Assembly: GCA_037189525.1 (NCBI GenBank)
Contig: JBBCJC010000003.1
Coordinates: forward strand, 640,001 to 704,000
DNA length: 64,000 nucleotides
Reading direction: 5' to 3'
Source of the DNA: Gemmatimonadales bacterium
GTDB lineage: Bacteria; Gemmatimonadota; Gemmatimonadetes; Gemmatimonadales; GWC2-71-9
The translations under genes and the position numbers were made by a program. This document shows positions 45,925-56,816 of this stretch, piece by piece (within the stretch, counting starts at the first letter, position 1; each line of letters starts with the position of its first letter). The notes under the pieces are model-generated. The model made no database searches. It saw only the letters and a list, made by a program, of their open reading frames with translations, and was not told where the DNA came from.

Positions 45925-46800
45925 TTGGCGCACAGCATGACCGGTTTCGGTGCCGCAGAGGGGTCCGTCGGCGCCGGGGTGATCCGGATCGAACTCAAGT
46001 CGGTCAATCACCGGTACCTGAGCATGTCCTTCAAGGCGCCGGGCGAGATGATGTCGTTCGAGGCCGAGGTGCGGGAGCGGCTCCGGCGTGACTTCGAACG
46101 GGGCCATGTCACGGTGTCGATCCGCTGGCTCGAGTCCACGTTGGTCGAGCGTGCGCAGGCGGCGGACCCGGAGCGGGTCGCGGCGGCGGTGGCTCGGCTG
46201 GCAAGCGTCGCGGACGCGGCGGGACGACCGCGCAGCGAGATCACCCTCGATCTGGTGCTGCGTCAGCCCGATCTGTTTGCCGCGGCGGACGACGCGCCGG
46301 CCATCGAGTGGGCCGCCATCGAAGCGGTACTGACCCAGGCCATCGCCGGCCTCCGCGAGACCCGGATCCGCGAAGGGGCGGCCCTGGTGGCCGAGCTCGA
46401 GGGTCGGATCGCTGCGCTGGGTGCGCATGCCGCGGCGATCCGGCAGCGGGCGCCTGAGCGATTGGTGCGCGAGCGGGAGCGGCTGCGAAATGCCGTGCAG
46501 ACCCTGCTCGACGGTCGGCCGGTCGATGAGCAGCGCCTCAGTCAGGAGTTGGCTTTCCTGGCCGACCGGCTCGACATCACCGAGGAACTGGTCCGGCTGG
46601 AGGCGCATTTCGGCGCTTGCCGCACCGCGCTCGGCGGTGAGAAGCCGGCCGGCAAGCAGCTCGGGTTTCTGGCCCAGGAAATGGGCCGCGAGGTCAACAC
46701 CATCGGCTCGAAGGCCAACGACGCCGCGATACAGCATCTCGCCGTGGAAATGAAAGGGGAGTTGGAGCGATTCCGGGAACAGCTCGAGAACTTAGAGTAA
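45925..46800 (+). CDS. yicC: YicC/YloC family endoribonuclease
   Basis: SMTGFG, KSVNHRY, DITEELVRL, QEMGREVNTIGSK, REQLENLE. TTG start after SD GGGAGG. Confidence 0.94.
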   Translation: MAHSMTGFGAAEGSVGAGVIRIELKSVNHRYLSMSFKAPGEMMSFEAEVRERLRRDFERGHVTVSIRWLESTLVERAQAADPERVAAAVARLASVADAAGRPRSEITLDLVLRQPDLFAAADDAPAIEWAAIEAVLTQAIAGLRETRIREGAALVAELEGRIAALGAHAAAIRQRAPERLVRERERLRNAVQTLLDGRPVDEQRLSQELAFLADRLDITEELVRLEAHFGACRTALGGEKPAGKQLGFLAQEMGREVNTIGSKANDAAIQHLAVEMKGELERFREQLENLE

Positions 46801-47423
46801 AACGGTTTCTCCTGGTGCTCTCGTCTCCCTCGGGAGGCGGCAAGTCGACGATTGCGCGACACCTCTTGGCCGGTCGGGACGATCTGGTCTACTCGGTGTC
46901 CGCGACGACTCGGCCGATGCGAGAGGGAGAGACCGAGGGCGAGCACTACTACTTCCTTTCGCCCGACGAGTTTGCCCGCCGCGTGGCGGATGACGAGTTT
47001 CTCGAGTGGGCGGAGTACAGCGGGTACCGCTACGGGACGCTTCGGGCGGAAATCGAACGCGGGTTGGCTTCGGATCGGCACGTGGTGCTCGACATCGACG
47101 TCCAGGGCGCCGAACAGCTCCGGGCCCGGTTTCCCAACGCGGTGCATGTCTTCATCCTGCCGCCGTCGGCAGGTACGCTGGTGCAGCGGCTCCGCAGTCG
47201 CAACACGGAGTCCGACGCAACGGTGCAGCGACGTCTGGCGGCCGCGTCCGAAGAACTGCGGCATGCGGACAAATATGACTTCGTCGTGGTCAACGACGAT
47301 CTGGTGGAAGCAGTTGCGCAGGTGGCGGCCATCCTCGATCTCGAGGCCCGTCGCCCCGGCCGTCTGCTGAATCTGACGAGCGTGGTCGAGCAGTTGCGCC
47401 AGGATCTGGCGCAGTCTTTCTAG
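46797..47423 (+). CDS. gmk: Guanylate kinase (start ambiguous: GTA 46797 or GTG 46815)
   Basis: SSPSGGGKST, SVSATTRPMR, EFLEWA, YGT, DIDVQGA, FILPPS, VVNDD. Confidence 0.94.
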   Translation, partial: VKRFLLVLSSPSGGGKSTIARHLLAGRDDLVYSVSATTRPMREGETEGEHYYFLSPDEFARRVADDEFLEWAEYSGYRYGTLRAEIERGLASDRHVVLDIDVQGAEQLRARFPNAVHVFILPPSAGTLVQRLRSRNTESDATVQRRLAAASEELRHADKYDFVVVNDDLVEAVAQVAAILDLEARRPGRLLNLTSVVEQLRQDLAQSF

Positions 47424-47435
47424 AGGAGTGGCCCA

Positions 47436-47663
47436 ATGGAAATCGTGACCCCGACCGAAGCAGCCAAGCACGCCGGGACCAAGTACCGGAGCATTCTGGT
47501 CGCCGCGCGGTTTGCGCGGATGGTGAACGAGTTGCCGAAAGAGAAGCAGGCGCAACTCGAAACCGTGCATGCGTATAAGAAGCTGACCACGCTGGCGCTG
47601 CGGAAGCTGGCTTCTGGTGAATTGGCGTTCCGTGAGCTTCGCCGCCGCCGGACCGAGGTCTGA
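47436..47663 (+). CDS. rpoZ: RNA polymerase omega subunit
   Basis: KY..ILVAAR.AR, K.TTLAL; gmk-rpoZ-coaBC synteny; SD GAGGAG. Confidence 0.88.
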   Translation: MEIVTPTEAAKHAGTKYRSILVAARFARMVNELPKEKQAQLETVHAYKKLTTLALRKLASGELAFRELRRRRTEV

Positions 47664-47667
47664 CGTG

Positions 47668-48861
47668 ATGTGGGCCGGCCGTCACGTCGTGGTCGGCGTG
47701 ACGGGTGGCATTGCATGCTACAAAAGCTGCCATCTCGTCCGCCGCCTCGCCGAATCCGGGGCGCTGGTCGATGTGGTGCTCACGCGGGGTGCGGCCGAGT
47801 TCGTTCGGCCGCTCACCTTCGAAGCCCTCTCCGGGCGCCCGGTGCTCAGTTCGCTCTGGGAACCTGACCGCGCTCTCGCCCATGTCCAACTTGGTCGCGA
47901 TGCCGACCTGGTCATCATTGCCCCGGCCACGGCCCACGTGCTTGCCCGGCTGGCGCATGGTATGGCCGACGACTTCCTGACCGCCCTGGTACTCGCAACG
48001 ACCAAACCGGTGCTGCTGGCGCCGGCGATGAACGACGCCATGTATGCGGCCGCGCCCACCCAGGACAATCTCCGTCGCCTGGCCGATCGGGGGATGGCCA
48101 TCGTCGGACCGGAGACCGGTCCGCTCGCTGAGGGGCCGGCCGATCGTCCCGGGCGGATGACCGAACCGGACGTGATCGTGCGCCATGCCGAGCGCCTGGT
48201 GCGCAAAAGCGCCGCGTGGTCGTGGCGCCGAGTCGTGGTCACCGCCGGTCCGACCCGGGAAGCGATCGATCCGGTTCGGGTCGTGACCAATCGCTCGAGC
48301 GGAAAGATGGGCTACCGTGTGGCCGAGGCGGCCTGGCTTCGCGGGGCAGAGGTTACGCTGATTGCGGGGCCGGGCGCCGAGCCCGATCCGGAAGGCGTCA
48401 CGGTGGAACGAATCGAGTCGACGGCGGAGCTCGATGCAGCGGTCCGCCAGCATCTCCCCGCGGCTGACGTCCTCGTGATGGCCGCGGCGCCCGCCGACTA
48501 CCGACCGACGGCCCCGACGGACCAGAAGCGTCCCCGCGAGCAGGGAGCCCTGACGCTCGAGTTCGAGCCGACGGCGGACATCCTCCTCGGCACCAAAACG
48601 CTGCGGAAGCCGGGTGCCCTGGTGGTTGGCTTTGCGCTCGAAACCGGTGATGCGGTGGCCAAGGCTGCTGCGAAGCTGGCACGAAAGGGGCTCGATCTGA
48701 TCGTGGCGAACGATGCCCTGGAACCGGGCGCGGGGTTCGAAGTGGACACCAATAGGGTCACCATCGTCGATCGGGATGGCGGCCAGCAGTCGGTGCCGCT
48801 TTCGTCCAAGGGTTTGATTGCCGAAGCGATTCTGGATGCCATCGAGGTGCGCTTTGGATGA
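47668..48861 (+). CDS. coaBC: Bifunctional PPC decarboxylase / PPC synthetase
   Basis: GVTGGIACYK, APAT, APAMN, TAGPTREAIDPVR..TNRSSGKMG, GFALET, IVAND. Confidence 0.96.
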   Translation: MWAGRHVVVGVTGGIACYKSCHLVRRLAESGALVDVVLTRGAAEFVRPLTFEALSGRPVLSSLWEPDRALAHVQLGRDADLVIIAPATAHVLARLAHGMADDFLTALVLATTKPVLLAPAMNDAMYAAAPTQDNLRRLADRGMAIVGPETGPLAEGPADRPGRMTEPDVIVRHAERLVRKSAAWSWRRVVVTAGPTREAIDPVRVVTNRSSGKMGYRVAEAAWLRGAEVTLIAGPGAEPDPEGVTVERIESTAELDAAVRQHLPAADVLVMAAAPADYRPTAPTDQKRPREQGALTLEFEPTADILLGTKTLRKPGALVVGFALETGDAVAKAAAKLARKGLDLIVANDALEPGAGFEVDTNRVTIVDRDGGQQSVPLSSKGLIAEAILDAIEVRFG

Positions 48862-49738
48862 ACTGCGTCGCCGGTATCTCCGGCAACAGATCGAACTCGG
48901 CGGGCCGGACGTCGTGGCCAGTGTGCCCGCATCCGAACTCGCAGCTCGGCCGCCGCGCGGGGTGAAGCGCCAGGACGCGCCACCGCCGTCCGCAGGCGAG
49001 AGTCGGAAGGCCGTGCCTGCGCCGCCGGATGCCGGCGCTCAAGCGCCTGACGCTCCGGTAAAGGCCGCTCCACCGTCGGGTGGATCGGGAGGTGCCGCCG
49101 GCGCTCGTGACTGGCGGGTCGGGGCGCCGCCCATTCCAGGGCCTGGGCTCGTGATCGAACCGCCCCTGCTGCAGACGATCCCCGCCGATTGGACCTCGCT
49201 CGAGGCGGTGGCCAAGGTCATTGCCGGTTGCACCAAGTGCGTCCTGTCGCAGACGCGAACCCGGACCGTTCCGGGCGAAGGGAATCCGAACGCGCGGCTC
49301 TTGCTGGTCGGCGAGGGGCCAGGCCAGACGGAGGACGAAACCGGACGGCCTTTTGTCGGCCGTGCCGGAGAGTTGCTCAACGGCATCCTGGCTGCGATCG
49401 GTTTTCAGCGCGAAGAAGTCTTCATTTGCAACGTGGTCAAGTGCCGGCCGCCGCAGAACCGGAAGCCGTTGCCCGATGAAATGTCGGCCTGCTCCTCGTA
49501 CCTCGATGCCCAGTTACGGCTCGTGCAGCCGAAGGTTATTCTTGCTCTCGGAAGCACGGCGGCCGAAGCGTTGCTCAAGGTCAAGCGTTCGTTGGGTGAT
49601 CTGCGCGGTAAAGTGCACTCGTATCAGGGAACGCCGCTGGTGGTGACGTACCACCCGGCGGCGCTCCTCCGGAACCCGAATTGGAAGAAGCCCACCTGGG
49701 ATGACGTCCGCATCGCCCGACAACTTGTTGACCGTTGA
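48854..49738 (+). CDS. Uracil-DNA glycosylase family 4 with low-complexity N-terminal extension
   Basis: CTKC, GEGPG..ED..GRPFVG, NVVKCRPP, YHPAALLR. Confidence 0.92.
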   Translation: MDELRRRYLRQQIELGGPDVVASVPASELAARPPRGVKRQDAPPPSAGESRKAVPAPPDAGAQAPDAPVKAAPPSGGSGGAAGARDWRVGAPPIPGPGLVIEPPLLQTIPADWTSLEAVAKVIAGCTKCVLSQTRTRTVPGEGNPNARLLLVGEGPGQTEDETGRPFVGRAGELLNGILAAIGFQREEVFICNVVKCRPPQNRKPLPDEMSACSSYLDAQLRLVQPKVILALGSTAAEALLKVKRSLGDLRGKVHSYQGTPLVVTYHPAALLRNPNWKKPTWDDVRIARQLVDR

Positions 49739-51086
49739 GCAGACGCTCCGGGGCGCGCCCTGGAGCCAGGAAGCCGAGCAAGCGGTGTTGGGCGCCATGA
49801 TCCTCGATCAGGACGCGGCGCTGCGCGCGGTCGAATCGCTCGACCATTCGATGTTCTATCGCGAGTCGCATCGCCGACTCTTCCGCGCGCTCGTGGCCCT
49901 GACCGAGCAGCGGGTGGTGATCGACCACGTCACCCTGCGCGACGAACTGGTCCGGCGTGGCGACCTCGAGGCCGTCGGGGGGATGGAGTACCTGGCCGAG
50001 GTGGTCGATTCGGTAGCCACCGCGGCGAACCTCGACCACCACGCCCGGATCGTCAAAGACAAGGGGCTCCTGCGGCGGCTGATCGACGTCTCGACCCAGA
50101 CGATTACCGAAGCCTATGATGCCAAGCTGTCCGCCGGCGAACTGGTCGACCAGGCCGAAGGACGGATTTTCAAGATTGCGCAGGAGCGGAAGCAGGACGG
50201 CTTTACCCGAATCAAAGAAATGTTGTGGCCGACGATGGAGCGCATCGAAACGCTCCAGAAAAGCGGCAAAAAGATTACCGGGGTGCCGAGCGGCTTCACA
50301 GATTTGGATGAGCTGACGTCCGGATTCCAACCCTCGGAGCTCGTCATCGTGGCTGCGCGTCCGTCGATGGGTAAGACCGCGTTCTGTTTGAACATTGCCA
50401 CCGAGGCCGGCCATCACGGCAGCGGGGTGGCGATTTTCTCGCTGGAAATGTCGAAGGACTCGCTGGTGCAGCGTATGCTGTGCGCCGAGGCCCGAGTCGA
50501 CAGCCAAGCGGTACGGCGCGGCATGCTGCGCGACCGCGATTTCACCAACCTGGCGCGCGCCGCCGGGATTCTGCAGCAGTGCCCGATCTGGATCGATGAC
50601 ACGCCGGCCATCACGCTGCTGGAGATGCGCTCCAAGGCGCGGCGGCTCAAAGCGGAGTCTGACCTGGGCATGGTCATCGTCGACTACCTCCAGTTGATGC
50701 GCAGCCCTGAATATGCCGAGAACCGGGTCCAGGAAGTGTCCGACATTTCGCGGTCGCTCAAGGCGCTGGCGCGTGAGCTGTCGGTGCCGGTGGTGGCGTT
50801 GTCGCAGCTGTCGCGTGCCTCGGAGCAGCGGGGCGGCGACCGGCGTCCGCAGCTTTCTGACCTGCGGGACTCGGGCGCCATCGAGCAGGATGCCGACGTG
50901 GTCATCTTCATTCACCGGCCCGAGTACTACGATCGCGACGACGAGTCGAAGCGGGGCCTGGCCGAAATCATTCTGGCCAAGCACCGGAACGGTCCGACGG
51001 GAGACGTGAATTTGCGGTTCCATCGGGAGTTTACCCGGTTCGAGGATTTCTCCAACCGGGATCAGGCGCCGTCGTCGGGGTATTAG
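49701..51086 (+). CDS. dnaB: Replicative DNA helicase
   Basis: EAEQAVLG, AARPSMGKT, FSLEM, VDYLQLM, LSQLSR, DLRDSGAIEQDAD, KHRNGPTG. Confidence 0.97.
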   Translation: MTSASPDNLLTVEQTLRGAPWSQEAEQAVLGAMILDQDAALRAVESLDHSMFYRESHRRLFRALVALTEQRVVIDHVTLRDELVRRGDLEAVGGMEYLAEVVDSVATAANLDHHARIVKDKGLLRRLIDVSTQTITEAYDAKLSAGELVDQAEGRIFKIAQERKQDGFTRIKEMLWPTMERIETLQKSGKKITGVPSGFTDLDELTSGFQPSELVIVAARPSMGKTAFCLNIATEAGHHGSGVAIFSLEMSKDSLVQRMLCAEARVDSQAVRRGMLRDRDFTNLARAAGILQQCPIWIDDTPAITLLEMRSKARRLKAESDLGMVIVDYLQLMRSPEYAENRVQEVSDISRSLKALARELSVPVVALSQLSRASEQRGGDRRPQLSDLRDSGAIEQDADVVIFIHRPEYYDRDDESKRGLAEIILAKHRNGPTGDVNLRFHREFTRFEDFSNRDQAPSSGY

Positions 51087-51091
51087 CGTAA

Positions 51092-52450
51092 ATGGCCAAG
51101 CCCCGATCGGTGTACCGCTGTGCCGAGTGCGGACACGAGCACGCCAAGTGGGCCGGGCGATGCGAAGCGTGCGGTGCATGGAACTCGGTCGCCGAGGAAC
51201 CGACCGAGGCGCGACCGGTCCGGCGGACGGCGGCCAAGCGGGTCTTGACGGAGGATCGGCGGCCCCGTCCGCTCGGCGATGTGGCGGGAGAGCGGCTCGA
51301 ACGCTGGTCGCTCGGGATTCCGGAACTCGACTTCGTGTTCGGAGGGGGCGTGGTGCCCGGGTCGATGTCGCTGATCGGCGGGGAACCCGGAGTAGGCAAA
51401 TCCACGCTACTGTTGCAGGCGGCTGCGCGGCTGGTGGAAAGCGGCCGCCGGGTGCTCTATGCCAGCGGGGAAGAGTCGGCCGAGCAGATTCGGCTCCGCG
51501 CCGACCGGCTGGCGGAAGATGCCCGAGGCGTCCTGGTGCTCGGCGAAACGCATCTGGAAACGATCCTGGCGGCCACCCGCGAGGTCGCCGCCGATTTGCT
51601 CATCCTCGATTCGATCCAGACGGTCTTCACGGAGGCGCTGGAGAGCGCGCCCGGCAGCGTGGGGCAAGTCCGCGAATCGGCCGCCCGGCTGATGCGATTT
51701 GCCAAGGAATCGGGCGTCAGCGTAGTCGTAGTCGGCCACGTCACCAAAGGCGGGATGCTGGCCGGCCCCAAAACCCTCGAACATATCGTCGACACGGTCC
51801 TCTACTTCGAGGGCGAGACGTCGCTCAACTATCGCCTGCTGCGCGCGACCAAGAACCGCTTCGGTTCGGTTGACGAACTCGGCGTCTTTGCCATGTCGGA
51901 TCGCGGCCTGACCGGGGTCCCGAACCCGTCGGCGCTGTTTCTGGAAGCCCGGTCGACCACGACGAGCGGCAGTGCCGTCACGGCGCTGATGGAGGGCACC
52001 CGTCCGGTTCTGGTCGAGGTGCAGGCGCTTGCTGCGCCGTCCGGATACGGTACTCCGCAGCGGGTCGCGACAGGACTGGATCCGAAACGCCTCGCCGTGC
52101 TGCTGGCCGTGCTCGAGCGGCGAGGGGGCCACAACTTCGGGGCGCTCGACGTCTTCGTGCAGGTCAGTGCGGGGGTTCGGCTGACCGAGCCCGGTGCGGA
52201 CCTGGCGGTTGCCGCGGCGCTGGTGTCCAGTCTGCTCAATCAGCCGACTCCGGCCGACGCGCTCTTTCTCGGCGAGATCGGTCTGGCGGGTGAGGTCCGT
52301 CCCGTCGGCGGAATCGATCGGCGGCTGGCGGAAGCGGGGCGGCTCGGGTTCCGGCGCGCTTTCGGGTCGGGACGACACGGCGACTCGCCCGGGATCCAGT
52401 GTGTCTCGCTCGACCATATCGACGAGCTGGTGCATGTCCTCGCGGCGTGA
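51092..52450 (+). CDS. radA: DNA repair protein RadA/Sms
   Basis: CAECG..KWAGRCEAC, GEPGVGKSTL, DSIQT, KNRFG, VEVQAL. Confidence 0.97.
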   Translation: MAKPRSVYRCAECGHEHAKWAGRCEACGAWNSVAEEPTEARPVRRTAAKRVLTEDRRPRPLGDVAGERLERWSLGIPELDFVFGGGVVPGSMSLIGGEPGVGKSTLLLQAAARLVESGRRVLYASGEESAEQIRLRADRLAEDARGVLVLGETHLETILAATREVAADLLILDSIQTVFTEALESAPGSVGQVRESAARLMRFAKESGVSVVVVGHVTKGGMLAGPKTLEHIVDTVLYFEGETSLNYRLLRATKNRFGSVDELGVFAMSDRGLTGVPNPSALFLEARSTTTSGSAVTALMEGTRPVLVEVQALAAPSGYGTPQRVATGLDPKRLAVLLAVLERRGGHNFGALDVFVQVSAGVRLTEPGADLAVAAALVSSLLNQPTPADALFLGEIGLAGEVRPVGGIDRRLAEAGRLGFRRAFGSGRHGDSPGIQCVSLDHIDELVHVLAA

Positions 52451-53141
52451 CGTGGGCGTCGTGGTGGTGGCCGGCGGCCGCGGAGTCCGGGCGGGCGGCG
52501 GCGTGCCGAAGCAATATCGCCTGCTGGGCAACGTGCCGGTGCTGCTCCGGGCGCTCCGGCCGTTTCTGGCGCATCCGGCGGTGGATCGGGTGGTCGCGGT
52601 ACTGCCGGAATCCGATGTGGAGGCGCCGCCCGAATGGCTCCGCCCGCTGATCGGCGACCGGCTGGTGCTCGCGTCCGGAGGGGCGGACCGGATGGGGTCG
52701 GTCGAGCAGGGCATTGCGCAGCTGCCGGACTCGACGACAGTCGTCGTCGTCCATGACGGGGCGCGACCGTTCGTCGATGCCGCAGTCATCGAGGCCGTGA
52801 TCGTGGCGGCGCGGGCCGGGCGCGGGGCCATCGCGGCCGTTCCGGTGGCCGATACGCTCAAGCGATCGGTGGCCGGGTCGGGCGCGGAGCCGGTCATCGC
52901 CGAAACCGTCTCCCGCGAGGCGTTGTGGCGGGCCCAGACGCCTCAGGCGTTTCCTGTAGAGGTGCTGCGCCGCGGGTTGGCGGCGGCGCGCGCAGCCGGG
53001 GTGACCGTTACCGACGATGCGCAGGCGGTCGAGTCGCAAGGACTTCCAGTCGTCCTCGTGCCTGATCGCCCGACCAATTTCAAGCTGACCACGCCGGCCG
53101 ATTTTGCGCTGGCGGAGGCGCTGATCCGGGGGGAAGCGTGA
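52434..53141 (+). CDS. ispD: 2-C-methyl-D-erythritol 4-phosphate cytidylyltransferase
   Basis: AGGRGVR...PKQY, VHDGARP, DTLK, AQTPQAF, TDDA, KLTTPAD. Confidence 0.95.
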   Translation: MSSRRDVGVVVVAGGRGVRAGGGVPKQYRLLGNVPVLLRALRPFLAHPAVDRVVAVLPESDVEAPPEWLRPLIGDRLVLASGGADRMGSVEQGIAQLPDSTTVVVVHDGARPFVDAAVIEAVIVAARAGRGAIAAVPVADTLKRSVAGSGAEPVIAETVSREALWRAQTPQAFPVEVLRRGLAAARAAGVTVTDDAQAVESQGLPVVLVPDRPTNFKLTTPADFALAEALIRGEA

Positions 53142-53788
53142 TTCTGCCGTTTCACGACGACCATGATGTCGATGCGGCGGCGGCCGTGGTCGGTCCGCAC
53201 CTGGCGGGCGGCGGTTTGCTCGGCTACCCCACGGAAACGGTTTACGGTCTCGGCTCGTATCCGACGGACGAAGGGCTCAACGCGCTGGCGCGCCTCAAGG
53301 GCCGTCCGGAGCGGAAGCCGTTTCTTCTGCTGATCGCGAGCCGGCTGATGGCGGAGCACGCCGGGCTCGTCTTTACGGCGTCGGCGCGGGCGTTGGCCGA
53401 TCATTTCTGGCCCGGGCCGCTCACCCTGGTGCTCAAAGGCGGTGAAGGCCGCTTGCCGGCGCGCCTGCGCGGCGCCGAAGGGGGCGTGGCGGTGCGTCAC
53501 ACCTCGCATCGGGGCATGGCGCGACTGATCGCGCGACTCGACCAGCCGATTACTTCGACCTCTGCCAATCTGTCCGGCGGGCCACCCGCGCCGGGTCCGG
53601 CCAAGCTGGTCGAACTGTTTGCGCCGGCCGTGCTCGGCGGGCAACTGATCGTTCTGGACGGCGGCGTTCTGGGGAACGTGCCGCCGTCGACACTCGTCGA
53701 CTGTACCACGCCGGTGCCGATCCTGATTCGCGAAGGGGCGATTCCCCGGGACGAACTCCGGCGCGCGGTAGGAAGGCTGGCGCCCTGA
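53138..53788 (+). CDS. tsaC: L-threonylcarbamoyladenylate synthase (TsaC/YrdC, short form)
   Basis: YPTETVYGLG, KGRP, WPGPLTLV, STSANLSG, PSTLVD. Confidence 0.93.
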   Translation: MILPFHDDHDVDAAAAVVGPHLAGGGLLGYPTETVYGLGSYPTDEGLNALARLKGRPERKPFLLLIASRLMAEHAGLVFTASARALADHFWPGPLTLVLKGGEGRLPARLRGAEGGVAVRHTSHRGMARLIARLDQPITSTSANLSGGPPAPGPAKLVELFAPAVLGGQLIVLDGGVLGNVPPSTLVDCTTPVPILIREGAIPRDELRRAVGRLAP

Positions 53789-54249
53789 TGCGAGTCCTGA
53801 TCGTCTGTACCGGGAACACCTGTCGCAGTCCGTTGGCTGCGGCGTTGATCCGACAAGGGTTGTTGCTTGCCGGCCATACCGGAATCGATGTCGAGTCGGC
53901 TGGGACCGGCGCCTGGGACGGCGCCCCGGTGTCCGAAGGAGCCTACCTGGTGGGCCTGGAGAGCGGCCTCGATCTGTCGGCGCATCGGGCCAGGCTCCTG
54001 ACCAAGGGGTTGGTCGACCAGGCCGATCTCATCCTCACCATGTCCCGTCCGCATCTCGGCCGGGTGCGGGAACTGGGCGGCGGGAGCCGCGCGCACCTGC
54101 TGGGAGAGTACGCCGGCTTGGTCGGCAACCAGGCCGAAGTCGGTGATCCGTTCGGCGGAGCGGTGGAGGAGTACCGGGCGACGCTGCGGGAACTCGAGGC
54201 GATGCTGCCCGCCATCATGGCTCGGATCGTCGGTTCGGCCGGCGCATGA
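53788..54249 (+). CDS. Low-molecular-weight protein phosphatase, YwlE-type (arginine phosphatase-like)
   Basis: VCTGNTCRSP P-loop, SAGT, DPFGG. Confidence 0.88.
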   Translation: MRVLIVCTGNTCRSPLAAALIRQGLLLAGHTGIDVESAGTGAWDGAPVSEGAYLVGLESGLDLSAHRARLLTKGLVDQADLILTMSRPHLGRVRELGGGSRAHLLGEYAGLVGNQAEVGDPFGGAVEEYRATLRELEAMLPAIMARIVGSAGA

Positions 54250-55040
54250 TCTCGGCTCGGACCCGGACCTTTGCGCTGCTCGGCAATCCGGTCGGGCATT
54301 CGCTCTCGCCGGCAATGCACAACGCGGCCTTTGGCGCGCTGGGGCTCGATGCGGTGTATGTCGCCCTGTCCTGCGCGGCGGAGGACGTTGCCGGGCTGAT
54401 GCGGGGACTGGCCCGGGCCGGGGGCGGGGGCAATGTGACTGTGCCGCACAAACTGGTTGCTGCGCAGGTGGCGCGCAGTGCCGATGGCCGCCCGCTTCTG
54501 GCCTGCAACACATTCTGGGGCGAGCAGGGCGACGTCATAGGCGACGAAACCGATCCGGCCGGGGTGCGCTATGCCTGGGAACAACTCGGCGCGCCGCCGG
54601 GCGATTGGCTGGTGCTGGGTACCGGAGGCAGCGCGCTGGGCACCGCGCGGGCGGCGCGGGATCTGGGAGTCGGGGTCCGGGTGATCTCGCGCTCGCCGGA
54701 ACGCGCGGCTCACTTTGCGCACGAACTGGAGGCCCAGGGCACCCGGCCGGTTAACGGAAGAATTGGGCTGGTCGTCAACTGCACCCCGTTGGGTCTCGCC
54801 GCCGCCGATGCGCTGCCGCTGGCGCTTGCGGAGGTGCCGGCGGGAGCCGCCGCGCTCGATCTGGTTTACCAGCCGGGCCAGACGCGTTGGGTCCGCGCCT
54901 TGCAAGGCGCAGGTGTGGTCGCATGCGACGGGCGCGACGTCCTGCTGGGCCAGGGGATTCGGGCGTTCGAGCGCTGGTTTCCCGGGGTTGGGGCTCCGGT
55001 CGAGGTGATGCGTGCCGCCCTGGACCGCCACCTGGTCTGA
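54246..55040 (+). CDS. aroE: Shikimate dehydrogenase
   Basis: GNPVGHSLSPAMHN, NVTVPHK, NT, GTGGSA, VNCTPLG, DLVY, QG..AF. Confidence 0.9.
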   Translation: MISARTRTFALLGNPVGHSLSPAMHNAAFGALGLDAVYVALSCAAEDVAGLMRGLARAGGGGNVTVPHKLVAAQVARSADGRPLLACNTFWGEQGDVIGDETDPAGVRYAWEQLGAPPGDWLVLGTGGSALGTARAARDLGVGVRVISRSPERAAHFAHELEAQGTRPVNGRIGLVVNCTPLGLAAADALPLALAEVPAGAAALDLVYQPGQTRWVRALQGAGVVACDGRDVLLGQGIRAFERWFPGVGAPVEVMRAALDRHLV

Positions 55041-55749
55041 GGGGCTGACAGCGCTCGAGCGCTGGATCCTTCCCGGTGCGTGCCTGCTGTGTCAGGACCC
55101 GGTCGATCCGGCGTCCGATCCGCTCGTCTGCGCGGTATGCCGGTTGCGGTGGCGCCGGTTGCCCGAGCCGCAGTGCTTCCGGTGCGGACAGCCGATCGAC
55201 CTCGCGTCGGACTGCCGAATCTGCCGGGAGTGGCCCGACGGGTTCCGAGGCGTGCGGAGCGCGGTTTGGCTCGAAGCCACGGCCCGCCGAGCGGTGCATC
55301 TGCTCAAGTATGAGGGCTGGCGGCGGATGGCGGTGTCGTTGGCCGATGCGATGCTGGCGCTCGAGCCGCTCCGGGATCGGCCGATCCTGGTGCCGATTCC
55401 GCTCTCGGCCACGCGCGAACGGGCGCGCGGTTATAATCAGAGTGCCGAATTGGCCGGTGGGCTTCTCAGGCGCCGAGGTGGACGGATCTGTTCCTGTCTG
55501 GTGCGGACCAGGCATACGCGGACCCAGACCACGCTGACGCCGGAGGAGCGAGCCGCCAATCTGGCGGGCGCCTTTGCCACCGTCGGAACGGTGCCGTCGC
55601 GCGTCGTGCTTGTGGACGACGTCTTCACGACGGGCGCCACGCTGGTGGAAGCTGCGCAGGCGTTGTTGCGCGGCGGGGCAGTGGAAGTATCGGCAGTGAC
55701 GTTCGGGCGTGCGGAGCTTCCGCTCGCCGCCGTCAGCCGGATGGTGTGA
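55012..55749 (+). CDS. comF: ComF family protein (double Zn ribbon + PRTase)
   Basis: CLLC, CAVC, CFRC, CRIC; LKY; RGYNQS; LVDDVFTTGAT. Confidence 0.9.
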   Translation: MPPWTATWSEGLTALERWILPGACLLCQDPVDPASDPLVCAVCRLRWRRLPEPQCFRCGQPIDLASDCRICREWPDGFRGVRSAVWLEATARRAVHLLKYEGWRRMAVSLADAMLALEPLRDRPILVPIPLSATRERARGYNQSAELAGGLLRRRGGRICSCLVRTRHTRTQTTLTPEERAANLAGAFATVGTVPSRVVLVDDVFTTGATLVEAAQALLRGGAVEVSAVTFGRAELPLAAVSRMV

Positions 55750-55799
55750 GTTCGAGCAGGTATCTGACGATCTTTTAGCGGAATTTTCGAGGAGACGAC

Positions 55800-56812
<1,013 letters not shown>

Positions 56813-56816
<4 letters not shown>

